From IMG/VR virus record IMGVR_UViG_3300016472_000494: a stretch of 16,992 nucleotides of DNA; one strand, 5' to 3'. Both the position numbers and the translations under genes were made by a program. The stretch comes from a virus. Lineage: Duplodnaviria; Heunggongvirae; Uroviricota; Caudoviricetes. The notes under the pieces were generated by a model, which did not search any database, was not told the DNA's origin, and saw nothing but the letters and a program-made list of their open reading frames with translations. Below are positions 1-7,513 of the stretch, in pieces (within the stretch, counting starts at the first letter, position 1; the number at the start of each line of letters is the position of its first letter).

Positions 1-2
1 AA

Positions 3-389
3 AACGCTAACAAGTTGCTTTATGTATGCAAGGTTGTGGATCCTAATTCCACACAATACAAAAAGTCTACTCCACTTGATATTCTCTATGACAACATGGA
101 TAAATATATCAACGGAGAAACAGTTGACAAAGACAAGCGTAAAACAGCACAGCGCTTTTTAGAAGTTGTTTCTTTGGATATGGAAACGCTCAAACTGCGT
201 TCTATGGTGAAAGACGCAAATTTCTATAAGATTATTGCTACGCGTGGTGATGGTTTTATATACCACATGAAGAGCGGTTCTATGCTAGGCAAAAACGCTT
301 CTGATGTGGTTGAATATCTGAAAAATCCTCTAAATGAGGAAATTCTCACAGATATCACCAAAAATGTTGAAAAACTTTGGAACGCTTAA
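3..389 (+). CDS. Conserved crAss-like hypothetical protein, C-terminal part only (position of the gene after the major capsid gene)
   Basis: The frame is open from base 3 (AAC GCT AAC AAG TTG...), so the TTG at 15 is probably not the real start. Ends ...VEYLKNPLNEEILTDITKNVEKLWNA-TAA. Family call rests on position and recalled similarity. Confidence 0.65.
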   Translation, partial: NANKLLYVCKVVDPNSTQYKKSTPLDILYDNMDKYINGETVDKDKRKTAQRFLEVVSLDMETLKLRSMVKDANFYKIIATRGDGFIYHMKSGSMLGKNASDVVEYLKNPLNEEILTDITKNVEKLWNA

Positions 390-407
390 TCAGTGCCCTA
401 CTGAGAA

Positions 408-1106
408 ATGAACAACAATCTATTACAGATAAAGATCAAGCAGCGGCTTAACAAGCTTGCTTCTCTGGACTATGACAACATTGAGTGTTGGCAGATTGCT
501 GAAGCGTTTAATAAGGCTCAGATAGAGTGGGTGCGACGTCAGTTGCAAGGTAACAACCTCAGAAAACAAGGTGATGAGTCTACAATAATGCTGATAGATG
601 ACTTGCAAACACTTCTGACAGAAGTTCCTATGACTGGTACAAATCAGGATTTGCATTTTGAAACAACTACTCTTCCGTCTAATTACTTGCATTTCAAGTC
701 ATTAGTGATTGATAGTAGAACAGAGTGTTGTCCTGATGCAATGATGAGTTGCTATTTGGTAGCGGTTGCAGATGTTAGTTCTTTGCTTTCAGATCCATTT
801 AGAAAACCTAGTGCAGATTGGGGTGAAACTTTTGTAACGATGCAGGGTAATCGTTTGAGAATCTATCATAATGATGAGTTTCAAGTAATTAACCCACGTC
901 TTACATTCTATAGGTTTCCTACTCCTGTAAGTTTTCTAAATTGTGTAAATCCTGCTACAGGTGCTGTTACTGCAAATGTAGAGTCAGAACTCAAAGATGA
1001 TATTGTTGAGATGATCATTGACGAAGCAGCTTCTATCTTGGCCGGTGACACAGAACTGTTTAACCAGTATCAACGCGCTAAGACAAACGCACAAACAAAT
1101 AACTAA
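408..1106 (+). CDS. Tail ring (head-tail connector) protein, crAss gp34/gp35-like
   Basis: 232 aa. The N-terminal pattern FNKAQIEWVRRQLQG..GDEST..IDDLQTLL and the C-terminal I(V)EMIIDEAASIL helix resemble crAss-like ring proteins. Confidence 0.7.
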   Translation: MNNNLLQIKIKQRLNKLASLDYDNIECWQIAEAFNKAQIEWVRRQLQGNNLRKQGDESTIMLIDDLQTLLTEVPMTGTNQDLHFETTTLPSNYLHFKSLVIDSRTECCPDAMMSCYLVAVADVSSLLSDPFRKPSADWGETFVTMQGNRLRIYHNDEFQVINPRLTFYRFPTPVSFLNCVNPATGAVTANVESELKDDIVEMIIDEAASILAGDTELFNQYQRAKTNAQTNN

Positions 1107-1549
1107 TGGAAACATCTTTAGCTACTTATAGACTTAAGCGTCCCATGGCAACGCCTGTTGCTGATAGTTTGGAGGGCAAAACAGCAGCTCTTGTATCAGA
1201 ATTGATGAACGCTTCTGTATCTACCCACAAACTTCATCTGAAGATAACAGGGCCTGGTTCATATGCTGCCCATACAGCACTGGCTTCTTTTTATGAAGGA
1301 CTTCCAGGCATGGTTGACAGTATTGCTGAAGGTTTTCAGGGCGCACGTGAAATGCTTCTTGATTGTTCTTCAGAAAAATCACCAAGGTCTTTGTATTCTG
1401 TAGAAGATTGTGTAAATTATATGAGAGAGCTCTATACAATGGTCAATGAGTTACAGACAGTAATGCCTTACTCAGAGATTGTGAATGATCTTGATTTAAT
1501 CAAGAGTCTGATCAATTCAACCAAGTATAAACTCTTGTTCTTACAATAA
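1106..1549 (+). CDS. Ferritin/Dps-like four-helix protein (DUF5856-type)
   Basis: 147 aa. THKLHLKITGPGSYAAHTALASFYEGLPGMVDSIAEGFQG and DLDLIKSLINSTKYKLLFL match the phage ferritin-like H-x2-H...SYAxHxAL..FY..L...D..AE..QG pattern. Coupled to the ring gene by TAATG. Confidence 0.8.
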   Translation: METSLATYRLKRPMATPVADSLEGKTAALVSELMNASVSTHKLHLKITGPGSYAAHTALASFYEGLPGMVDSIAEGFQGAREMLLDCSSEKSPRSLYSVEDCVNYMRELYTMVNELQTVMPYSEIVNDLDLIKSLINSTKYKLLFLQ

Positions 1550-1551
1550 AC

Positions 1552-1593
1552 AACCCTTTAACCCTTTTTTTCTTTTAACCCCTAATCTTTTAA
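1552..1593 (+). repeat. Short AACCCTTT / TTTTAAC repeats in the leader of the 454-aa gene
   Basis: AACCCTTT at 1552 and 1560, TTTTAACCCT at 1573, TTTTAAC at 1587. Confidence 0.45.
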
Positions 1594-1597
1594 CAAA

Positions 1598-2962
1598 ATG
1601 GCTTATTTTCCCCACGCATTTCAAAAAATGCTTGTTGGAACCGCTGGTTTCAACAGTACTCCTGGCAGCACTCTTACGTTGACTGCTGGCCAAATTGGCG
1701 TTGTCAGAGCTTCTGACCACCAAATTCAAAACCTTGCAGGTACTCCTACCTACACAGGTGCTTCAGGCAATCCGCTTTTTTATCTTGCCCAGGGTAGTTT
1801 TCACACTACCGACAAGATTGGTCCTTTCCATGGTGGATACAAAGAGACTGTAAAGTCAAAAGGCATCAACCCAAAGTACGTCAGTGCTTTCTACGTTACT
1901 GAGCCTGCTGCCCCTGTAAATGATGTTGTTGGCGTATCTGTGCTTGACTGTACAAAGATTGCATGCGACACTACTTATCGTTTGCGTCTTGATGTAAAAG
2001 GTTCGCCAGCACTGCGTTTTCTGACTCACAACTTGTATCAGACCCTTGATGCAAAAACTCCTTGCTGTGATTCAAGCAACAACAATGCAGATCCTGTAGG
2101 TGTATTGCTTCAGTGGAAAGATCAGATCAACGAGTCTCCTATCGTGAAGGACTTTATCAGCGCAAAAGTTTTCAACTTTAAAGTTGGAGGTTTTGCTGGC
2201 GCTGCTACTACCAACAGCACTACATTGACCATTGACGACACGTCTGGCGCAGGTGGATCTACTCCTGCAAATCTTGCTGTAGGTCAGATGATCACTGGTG
2301 CTGGTATTCCACAAAACACCTTTATTACAGCTGTTTCCGGTGGCACACTAACCTTGAGCAAAGCTGCTACAGTTGCTGGTGCTACTGTTGCTTTGAAAGT
2401 ATACGAGGAAGTTTTGACTTCAAGCTACGTTCTTGAAACAGGTGCTTCTGCTCCTGATACTAATGACGCAATGTTGGTTTTGACCGGTGCCTATGTTGAC
2501 ACTACATTTGGCAACTGCTCTTTCTCTCCAATGGATCATTATGAACTTGAGCCTATTCAAATTTATGCAGCTGTTGTAGACACTGAAGGTGATCCTTGTC
2601 AAACTTCTTGTTTTACTGTCACTGAATTGCAGAGTGCATATCAAGGCAAAGGTTTTGGTGAAACATTGATTCGTGAACTTATTCTTTCTAAGCGTTATGC
2701 TCAAGAGCCATTCCAAACTGATCCACGCATGCGTGAAGTATTGGATGACACCACATTGTCTGATTTGAGCCGCACTACTCGTTACTTTGCGTATCACATT
2801 CTGCACAGTGTACCTCGCACAAGCAACCCATCTGGAACGATGGATGCTGACCAGTATCTGGTAAAAGTTGTTGTGTCTGCTCGGAGCACTCCTTTTGAGA
2901 CTTACATGAACGCTTTGCTAACCAGTGCCGGCAATCATGTACAACTTGCAGTACAGCTTTAA
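1598..2962 (+). CDS. Major virion structural protein, probably auxiliary capsid protein (crAss gp36-like) with an inserted beta module
   Basis: 454 aa, Thr/Gly/Ala-rich and beta-strand-like. Follows the ring gene, has a long AT-rich leader and its own terminator, as expected for a high-copy virion protein. The exact assignment is positional. Confidence 0.6.
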   Translation: MAYFPHAFQKMLVGTAGFNSTPGSTLTLTAGQIGVVRASDHQIQNLAGTPTYTGASGNPLFYLAQGSFHTTDKIGPFHGGYKETVKSKGINPKYVSAFYVTEPAAPVNDVVGVSVLDCTKIACDTTYRLRLDVKGSPALRFLTHNLYQTLDAKTPCCDSSNNNADPVGVLLQWKDQINESPIVKDFISAKVFNFKVGGFAGAATTNSTTLTIDDTSGAGGSTPANLAVGQMITGAGIPQNTFITAVSGGTLTLSKAATVAGATVALKVYEEVLTSSYVLETGASAPDTNDAMLVLTGAYVDTTFGNCSFSPMDHYELEPIQIYAAVVDTEGDPCQTSCFTVTELQSAYQGKGFGETLIRELILSKRYAQEPFQTDPRMREVLDDTTLSDLSRTTRYFAYHILHSVPRTSNPSGTMDADQYLVKVVVSARSTPFETYMNALLTSAGNHVQLAVQL

Positions 2963-2983
2963 GGCTTACAAACAATTGTAATT

Positions 2984-3030
2984 GCAAAAAGGAGGCGAAG
3001 GGTCAATTCTCTTCCCTCCTTTTTTGCTTT
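2984..3030 (+). terminator. Intrinsic terminator, possibly bidirectional
   Basis: GCAAAAAGGAGG-C-GAAG...CTTC-CCTCCTTTTTTGC inverted repeat, A-tract before and T-tract after, directly downstream of the 454-aa gene. Confidence 0.85.
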
Positions 3031-3041
3031 TACCCTAAAAA

Positions 3042-3062
3042 TTTTGTAAATTCTAATGTAGA
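3042..3062 (+). promoter_or_regulatory. Candidate promoter motif TTTTGTAAATTCTAATGTAG
   Basis: GTAAATTCT starts 26 nt before the ATG at 3072, right after a terminator. A near-identical motif sits 24 nt before the ATG at 8921. Confidence 0.4.
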
Positions 3063-3071
3063 GGTTTTATC

Positions 3072-3638
3072 ATGGCAACTATCAGACACACACTTGCACT
3101 AGACATTCCTGACACAGCATGTGACACCATTCTTCGCGTTTGGGATGCATCTGTGTATGGCCAGGGTCTTGATGTAGACTGCCCACGACTAGATATATGG
3201 CTACCAGGTTTTTTAGTGCCAAAGTACTACACTGACTTGCAGCCTGATTTTGTCAAAAACCTTAATGCTAAAGATCTTGGATTGCAGCATCCTTTAGCTG
3301 AAACACCACTCAGTCTTCCTGATGGCTTGTATAAAATTCGTTATAGTGTATCTCCAAATGACAAGGTGTTTGTAGAGTATCATCACTTGAGGACTACCAA
3401 TATCATGAACATATACTATCAGGAAATATGCAAGGTTCAGCTTGAGCCTTGTGAGCCTGGTCCAGAACAACATCAAAAGCTTCATGATCTGCGTTACATC
3501 AAAATGTACATAGACGCTGCTAAGGCAAAAACAGAGTATTGTCATGCTCCTAAACAGGGTGTAGACATGCTGGCGTATGCTGAGAAACTTCTAAGGTCTT
3601 ATATGACAGGTGCTTGCTTGTCATGTCATAACCAGTAA
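3072..3638 (+). CDS. Virion protein, probably tail hub A-like (fibre attachment)
   Basis: 188 aa. Beta-rich N-terminal domain, then helical C-terminus (NIYYQEICKVQLEPC...YIKMYIDAAKAK...YAEKLL) and terminal CxxC. Layout and position resemble the crAss tail hub protein as recalled. Confidence 0.5.
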   Translation: MATIRHTLALDIPDTACDTILRVWDASVYGQGLDVDCPRLDIWLPGFLVPKYYTDLQPDFVKNLNAKDLGLQHPLAETPLSLPDGLYKIRYSVSPNDKVFVEYHHLRTTNIMNIYYQEICKVQLEPCEPGPEQHQKLHDLRYIKMYIDAAKAKTEYCHAPKQGVDMLAYAEKLLRSYMTGACLSCHNQ

Positions 3639-3663
3639 TCAATAACCAACAACCAATAAAAAT

Positions 3664-3840
3664 ATGTGCCCAAATTGTCACACAAAACTTTCTTGCAGTT
3701 GTCAGTTGAAAACTGCATCAAACGGAACTCAAGTTTGCTCAAATTGCATTACTGCTTATGAGCAAAGTTTAAAGCAAATTGAGAATAAGAGTTCTTCAGA
3801 CAGCTTGCAGAGTAGTTATCCTCTTAAGACAACATCCTAA
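3664..3840 (+). CDS. 58-aa Cys-motif protein (putative zinc-binding), absent from the ORF track
   Basis: My translation: MCPNCHTKLSCSCQLKTASNGTQVCSNCITAYEQSLKQIENKSSSDSLQSSYPLKTTS*. A-rich leader; fills the gap exactly; its TAA overlaps the next ATG (TAATG). Confidence 0.8.
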   Translation: MCPNCHTKLSCSCQLKTASNGTQVCSNCITAYEQSLKQIENKSSSDSLQSSYPLKTTS

Positions 3841-4061
3841 TGAACCTGGCATCTGTTAGTATTAATAGACTATTTGCTGATGCCGTTTATGCTGCATACA
3901 GGAAGAAGCGTTACGGCATTAAAAAATGCAGGGTAACGTATAGCGCTGACATGTTGAGTGATCTCAAAGAGATTCATAAAAGAGCGTTAGAGATGAAATC
4001 TTGTGACAGGAACTTTTGTTGTGGGCTTTCTACCATTGAAGAAAAAATTAAGACTTTGTAA
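3840..4061 (+). CDS. Small virion-associated protein, possibly tail hub B-like
   Basis: 73 aa, coupled by TAATG on both sides. FADAVYAAYRKKRYGIKKC helix and a CC motif. Function inferred from position only. Confidence 0.55.
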   Translation: MNLASVSINRLFADAVYAAYRKKRYGIKKCRVTYSADMLSDLKEIHKRALEMKSCDRNFCCGLSTIEEKIKTL

Positions 4062-5632
4062 TGATACCTGTCAATACTAATACTTCTGTAAAGGCAAAGG
4101 ACGCATGCATGCCTGTGTCATCTACATGTGTTATCTGGAATGGTCCAGACATACCTTGCATTAATCTTTGCCAAGGAGATTCTATTGACATTGTGTTGCA
4201 TCAACTTGCTGAACTACTTTGTGAGAGTACGACAGGTGTTATTGATGTGACGTCTCTTGACTTTAAATGTCTTGTTGAACAAAATCAGCAAAATCCTGAT
4301 ACGTTACTTGAAGTATTGCAGGCTTTAATAAACAAAATCTGCGATATTGAAGATAATTGCTGTGGTGGTGAAGTAGGACCTGCACCGGTTACACCAATAC
4401 CACTGCCGTCATGTCTTTATTTCACCCAAAATGGAGATCAGGTAACCCAGTTACTTCCAAACGCGTACAGCGCATATCTTGCTGATAGGATATGCACAAT
4501 ACTTACCACCATTGCGAGTGTACAGTCAGCGCTTACATCTCTTACCACAAGAGTTACAACTATTGAAAATACGTTGGAGGGAATAGGAGGGGGGACTCCC
4601 GCGAGTATAACAGTTACCACACAGTGTGCAAGTGGCAACTCGCCAGGGTTGGTACTTCCTATTGCACAAGCTTTTTCTAATTTTGAGCAAAAATTTTGCC
4701 AGCTGCATTCTGTACTGGGCAGTCTTTCATCATTAAACGCTGCTATCAACCTGGAATGTCCAGATCTTGACCAAGCTAATCAACTCTGCGACACAGAGCA
4801 AACAATGTCTCAGTTGCCTGGTTGGGTGTCAAATCCAACCACTATTGCTAGCACAATTGTCAACATGTGGTTAACTATCTGTGACATGCGTTGCGCAATG
4901 CAAAATTTGATTAGTGGTGGAGGCGGCATAGAATGTGTGCCACTTCCCCCTACCAACGTGCAAATTGCTGAACTCTACGCAAATGGTTGTAAGGTTACAT
5001 GGAATCAACCACAAACAGGTTCTTTTGAAGACCCTGTTGCTTATGAAGTTACAATAACAGAGTGGAACGGAACAACTACTGTTGGCGTTCCAATTGCTTC
5101 TGCTGAGTTAAGTCATCCTGCTACAGAGTTTATATTTCAAAACTTGAACGCAGATCCTGTCAAAAATTACATTGTTGAGGTTTATGCGGCTTACAGTTGC
5201 GGTGATTCTTCAAAAGCATTTGTTGTAGGTAAGGTAAAACTAAGCTCAATTCAGTACATATTGAATGTTGCTGATCAAGTAACTACTGCAGAAATTACAT
5301 ACCCTTGTGATGGTCAGAACTTGCCTGCAACACAGCGAGCTACAACAATTACGTTGTACAATCCTGCAAATAATCAAGTAGCCATAAACAACGGAGTATC
5401 AATCACAGCAGTGTTAAGATTTGCTGTTACTGGTGATTGTCCTAACTCTGCTACAGAAGATGTTTTGGTAAACATTCTGACTGGACAGTCTTCAGCAACA
5501 TACACTTACATTGGAGAGCGTATGGTAAAATGTGGTCAAGATCCCTGCACGTCAGAGATCAAAGCATTCCTTTGTGTTGTTTCGCTCAGTTCTACGGCTG
5601 TAGCATTACATCCATCAGTTCCTTTATGTTAG
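4061..5632 (+). CDS. Cys-rich fibre protein with coiled coil and an intact FN3 domain
   Basis: 523 aa. N-terminal CVIWNGPDIPC module; heptad segment ILTTIASVQSALTSLTTRVTTIENTLEG; complete FN3 (CVPLPPTNVQI..CKVTWNQP..YEVTI..NYIVEVYAAYSCG, about 4934-5240); Cys-containing C-terminal beta domain. Confidence 0.7.
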   Translation: MIPVNTNTSVKAKDACMPVSSTCVIWNGPDIPCINLCQGDSIDIVLHQLAELLCESTTGVIDVTSLDFKCLVEQNQQNPDTLLEVLQALINKICDIEDNCCGGEVGPAPVTPIPLPSCLYFTQNGDQVTQLLPNAYSAYLADRICTILTTIASVQSALTSLTTRVTTIENTLEGIGGGTPASITVTTQCASGNSPGLVLPIAQAFSNFEQKFCQLHSVLGSLSSLNAAINLECPDLDQANQLCDTEQTMSQLPGWVSNPTTIASTIVNMWLTICDMRCAMQNLISGGGGIECVPLPPTNVQIAELYANGCKVTWNQPQTGSFEDPVAYEVTITEWNGTTTVGVPIASAELSHPATEFIFQNLNADPVKNYIVEVYAAYSCGDSSKAFVVGKVKLSSIQYILNVADQVTTAEITYPCDGQNLPATQRATTITLYNPANNQVAINNGVSITAVLRFAVTGDCPNSATEDVLVNILTGQSSATYTYIGERMVKCGQDPCTSEIKAFLCVVSLSSTAVALHPSVPLC

Positions 5633-5654
5633 CCACCTGCAAACGAATAACAAA

Positions 5655-5936
5655 ATGTATCCTAATCAAAACTGTCAGCCTTGTCAGCCTGAGTGTCCTC
5701 CAGTAGAGGTTCCATTACCACCTGCTTGTACGGGAGAACCATGCGAGGAGGTAGTTACAGGTCTTTGCGTAAAGTACACAGGGCCAAATATACCATGTGT
5801 AGGTATTACAACTAATATGACATTTAATCAGGTAGTGCAGCTTCTTGCAGCAAAAATCTGTGAATGTTGTGAGGGCGATCCTCCGCCACCACCCTCTTGT
5901 CCTGCTCCAGTATCTCTTACAGCGTCTGCTGTATAG
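5655..5936 (+). CDS. Small Cys/Pro-rich fibre adaptor ending in an orphan FN3 A-strand
   Basis: 93 aa. Contains CVKYTGPNIPC...QLLAAKICE, paralogous to the N-terminus of the 523-aa protein. Ends PPPPPSCPAPVSLTASAV*. Confidence 0.7.
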   Translation: MYPNQNCQPCQPECPPVEVPLPPACTGEPCEEVVTGLCVKYTGPNIPCVGITTNMTFNQVVQLLAAKICECCEGDPPPPPSCPAPVSLTASAV

Positions 5937-5975
5937 TAATATTTTTTTCTTAAAAATTTAAAATTATAAACAATT

Positions 5976-6542
5976 ATGGCAAACATTTCAATTACTTGGA
6001 CTCCAGGTGGAGGCTCCAATGTTACTGGTCAACAGGTTCAACGCAAGACACCTTCTACCAGTTTTACAACAATAGCAACTGTTGGACCAACTGTAAACAG
6101 CTATACTGACACTACAGTTCTTGATAATGTTGTTTACATTTACAGAGTTTTGTCAATTTGCACAACTGGAGGCCCTACTGCTGGAAATGAAGATTGTTCA
6201 GGAGGACTGGTTTGCCCTGAAGGAATTACTGCAACTCCCTCTGGAAATGTTGTTACATTTTCTCTTCCTGCGCTTGGGGACGGTGTGCAATATGATGTGG
6301 TAAGAATTTATCAAGGTCCAAATACATCAAGTCCGTTGGTTCACACGCATTCATTAGACATAAATGGTCCTACAACATTTAGTGTAACACTTTCTTATTC
6401 AACATCTTACTTCTATCAGGTTGTCTTAGAAGCACCTTCATGTCCTGAGATGGGCACTCGTATTTGTGGTGGAAACTGCACAACTGGCCCTGAACCCTCG
6501 TGCCCTGCTCCAACAAATTTGACAGCTGTTCTTACAGACTAA
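5976..6542 (+). CDS. Two-FN3-domain fibre subunit (first domain lacks strand A; C-terminal orphan A-strand)
   Basis: 188 aa. Starts at the B-strand (NISITWTP), followed by GQQVQRK, NSYTDT and YIYRVLSIC. A second FN3-like domain starts at CPEGITAT. Ends SCPAPTNLTAVLTD*. Confidence 0.75.
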   Translation: MANISITWTPGGGSNVTGQQVQRKTPSTSFTTIATVGPTVNSYTDTTVLDNVVYIYRVLSICTTGGPTAGNEDCSGGLVCPEGITATPSGNVVTFSLPALGDGVQYDVVRIYQGPNTSSPLVHTHSLDINGPTTFSVTLSYSTSYFYQVVLEAPSCPEMGTRICGGNCTTGPEPSCPAPTNLTAVLTD

Positions 6543-6559
6543 TGTACAACACATGAACC

Positions 6560-7351
6560 ATGGCGATACAACTTAATATTAATTTTACACCTGTTGCTGG
6601 TGCGACAGGGTATACAGTGTGTCATAGACCACAGGTAACACCTTTGCCAACATATGAATGCACTTCTGTAAACGCAGTTGGTCTTACTCTACCTATCGTT
6701 GTTACATCATACAACAGTAATAGTCTTCAATATAGCACCAATTATGATGTAACGGTGCAGGCTATTTGTGATAATGGTTTGACAAGTTCTGTTGTCTCAA
6801 CAATGGCGTTTAAAATAGAACCTCAACCTCCAACAGGTTTTTGCTATGATGTTAATCTTTTTCAAGAAATAACTCAAGTGTACCCTGGATCTCAAATTCA
6901 ATACACTCCTCCTGGAGGATCTTTGACAAATGTAGACATTTCTGTCTTGCCCTACAATATGAATAACTTTTATCAGATTAATCTCTGCAGTGAAACACCT
7001 ATTATAATTGTAGATAACCAAGGAAACCCTATTACATACACAACAAACGGGTCAGGAATAACAGGAGGTTCTGTGGTTTGTACTCAATCAAGCGATTGTG
7101 GACAGCTTCTGTATAACATGCACACTAATGTAGGTCTTGGAAATGGTAATGGAGCATGCAGTAACCAAACTCAAACTATTTATTCTAACTGTCCTACGTT
7201 TGGAATATCACATGTGGGCTGCTGCCTTTATTACGATAGCGCTGGGCAAGTGCCTGTTACAGGAATGACAAAGTTCTGGATTGATGGTATACTATACGAC
7301 CTGGACCCTATTCAAGGATGCATCACAGGATTCGCTGCAGTTCAGTGTTAA
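6560..7351 (+). CDS. Putative fibre tip / receptor-binding protein (A-strand-less FN3 plus Cys-rich C-terminal domains)
   Basis: 263 aa. Starts QLNINFTPVAGATGYTVCHR...LQYSTNYDVTVQAICDNG (FN3 strands B-G). Continues with beta-rich, Cys/aromatic-rich domains; no terminal CPAP strand. Confidence 0.68.
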   Translation: MAIQLNINFTPVAGATGYTVCHRPQVTPLPTYECTSVNAVGLTLPIVVTSYNSNSLQYSTNYDVTVQAICDNGLTSSVVSTMAFKIEPQPPTGFCYDVNLFQEITQVYPGSQIQYTPPGGSLTNVDISVLPYNMNNFYQINLCSETPIIIVDNQGNPITYTTNGSGITGGSVVCTQSSDCGQLLYNMHTNVGLGNGNGACSNQTQTIYSNCPTFGISHVGCCLYYDSAGQVPVTGMTKFWIDGILYDLDPIQGCITGFAAVQC

Positions 7352-7409
7352 CATGTAAAAAAATATCATTGCGCTGGTTTGTTGGTTTTCCAGTAATATG
7401 ATGAGGGAG

Positions 7410-7441
7410 CCCCTGGTCAAAAGCCAGGGGTCTTCTTTTTT
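7410..7441 (+). terminator. Intrinsic terminator closing the fibre operon
   Basis: CCCCTGG (7410-7416) pairs with CCAGGGG (7424-7430), followed by TCTTCTTTTTT. Confidence 0.85.
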
Positions 7442-7472
7442 ATTGACAGAAACAACTTCTACAAAACATTTG

Positions 7473-7480
7473 TAAATTTG
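7473..7480 (+). promoter_or_regulatory. Bacteroidota-type -7 promoter element candidate (TAnnTTTG)
   Basis: TAAATTTG lies between the terminator and the ATG at 7514. No well-spaced -33 TTTG was found. Confidence 0.4.
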
Positions 7481-7513
7481 TAGAGTTTGCTAACTTAACT
7501 CTATCCTTATCCT

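Noticed and set aside
5934-5978. Stop-codon read-through fusing the 93-aa and 188-aa ORFs (same frame)
   Set aside because: The spacer holds three in-frame stops (TAG 5934, TAA 5937, TAA 5967) and looks like a normal AT-rich initiation region. The next junction (6542/6560) is out of frame.
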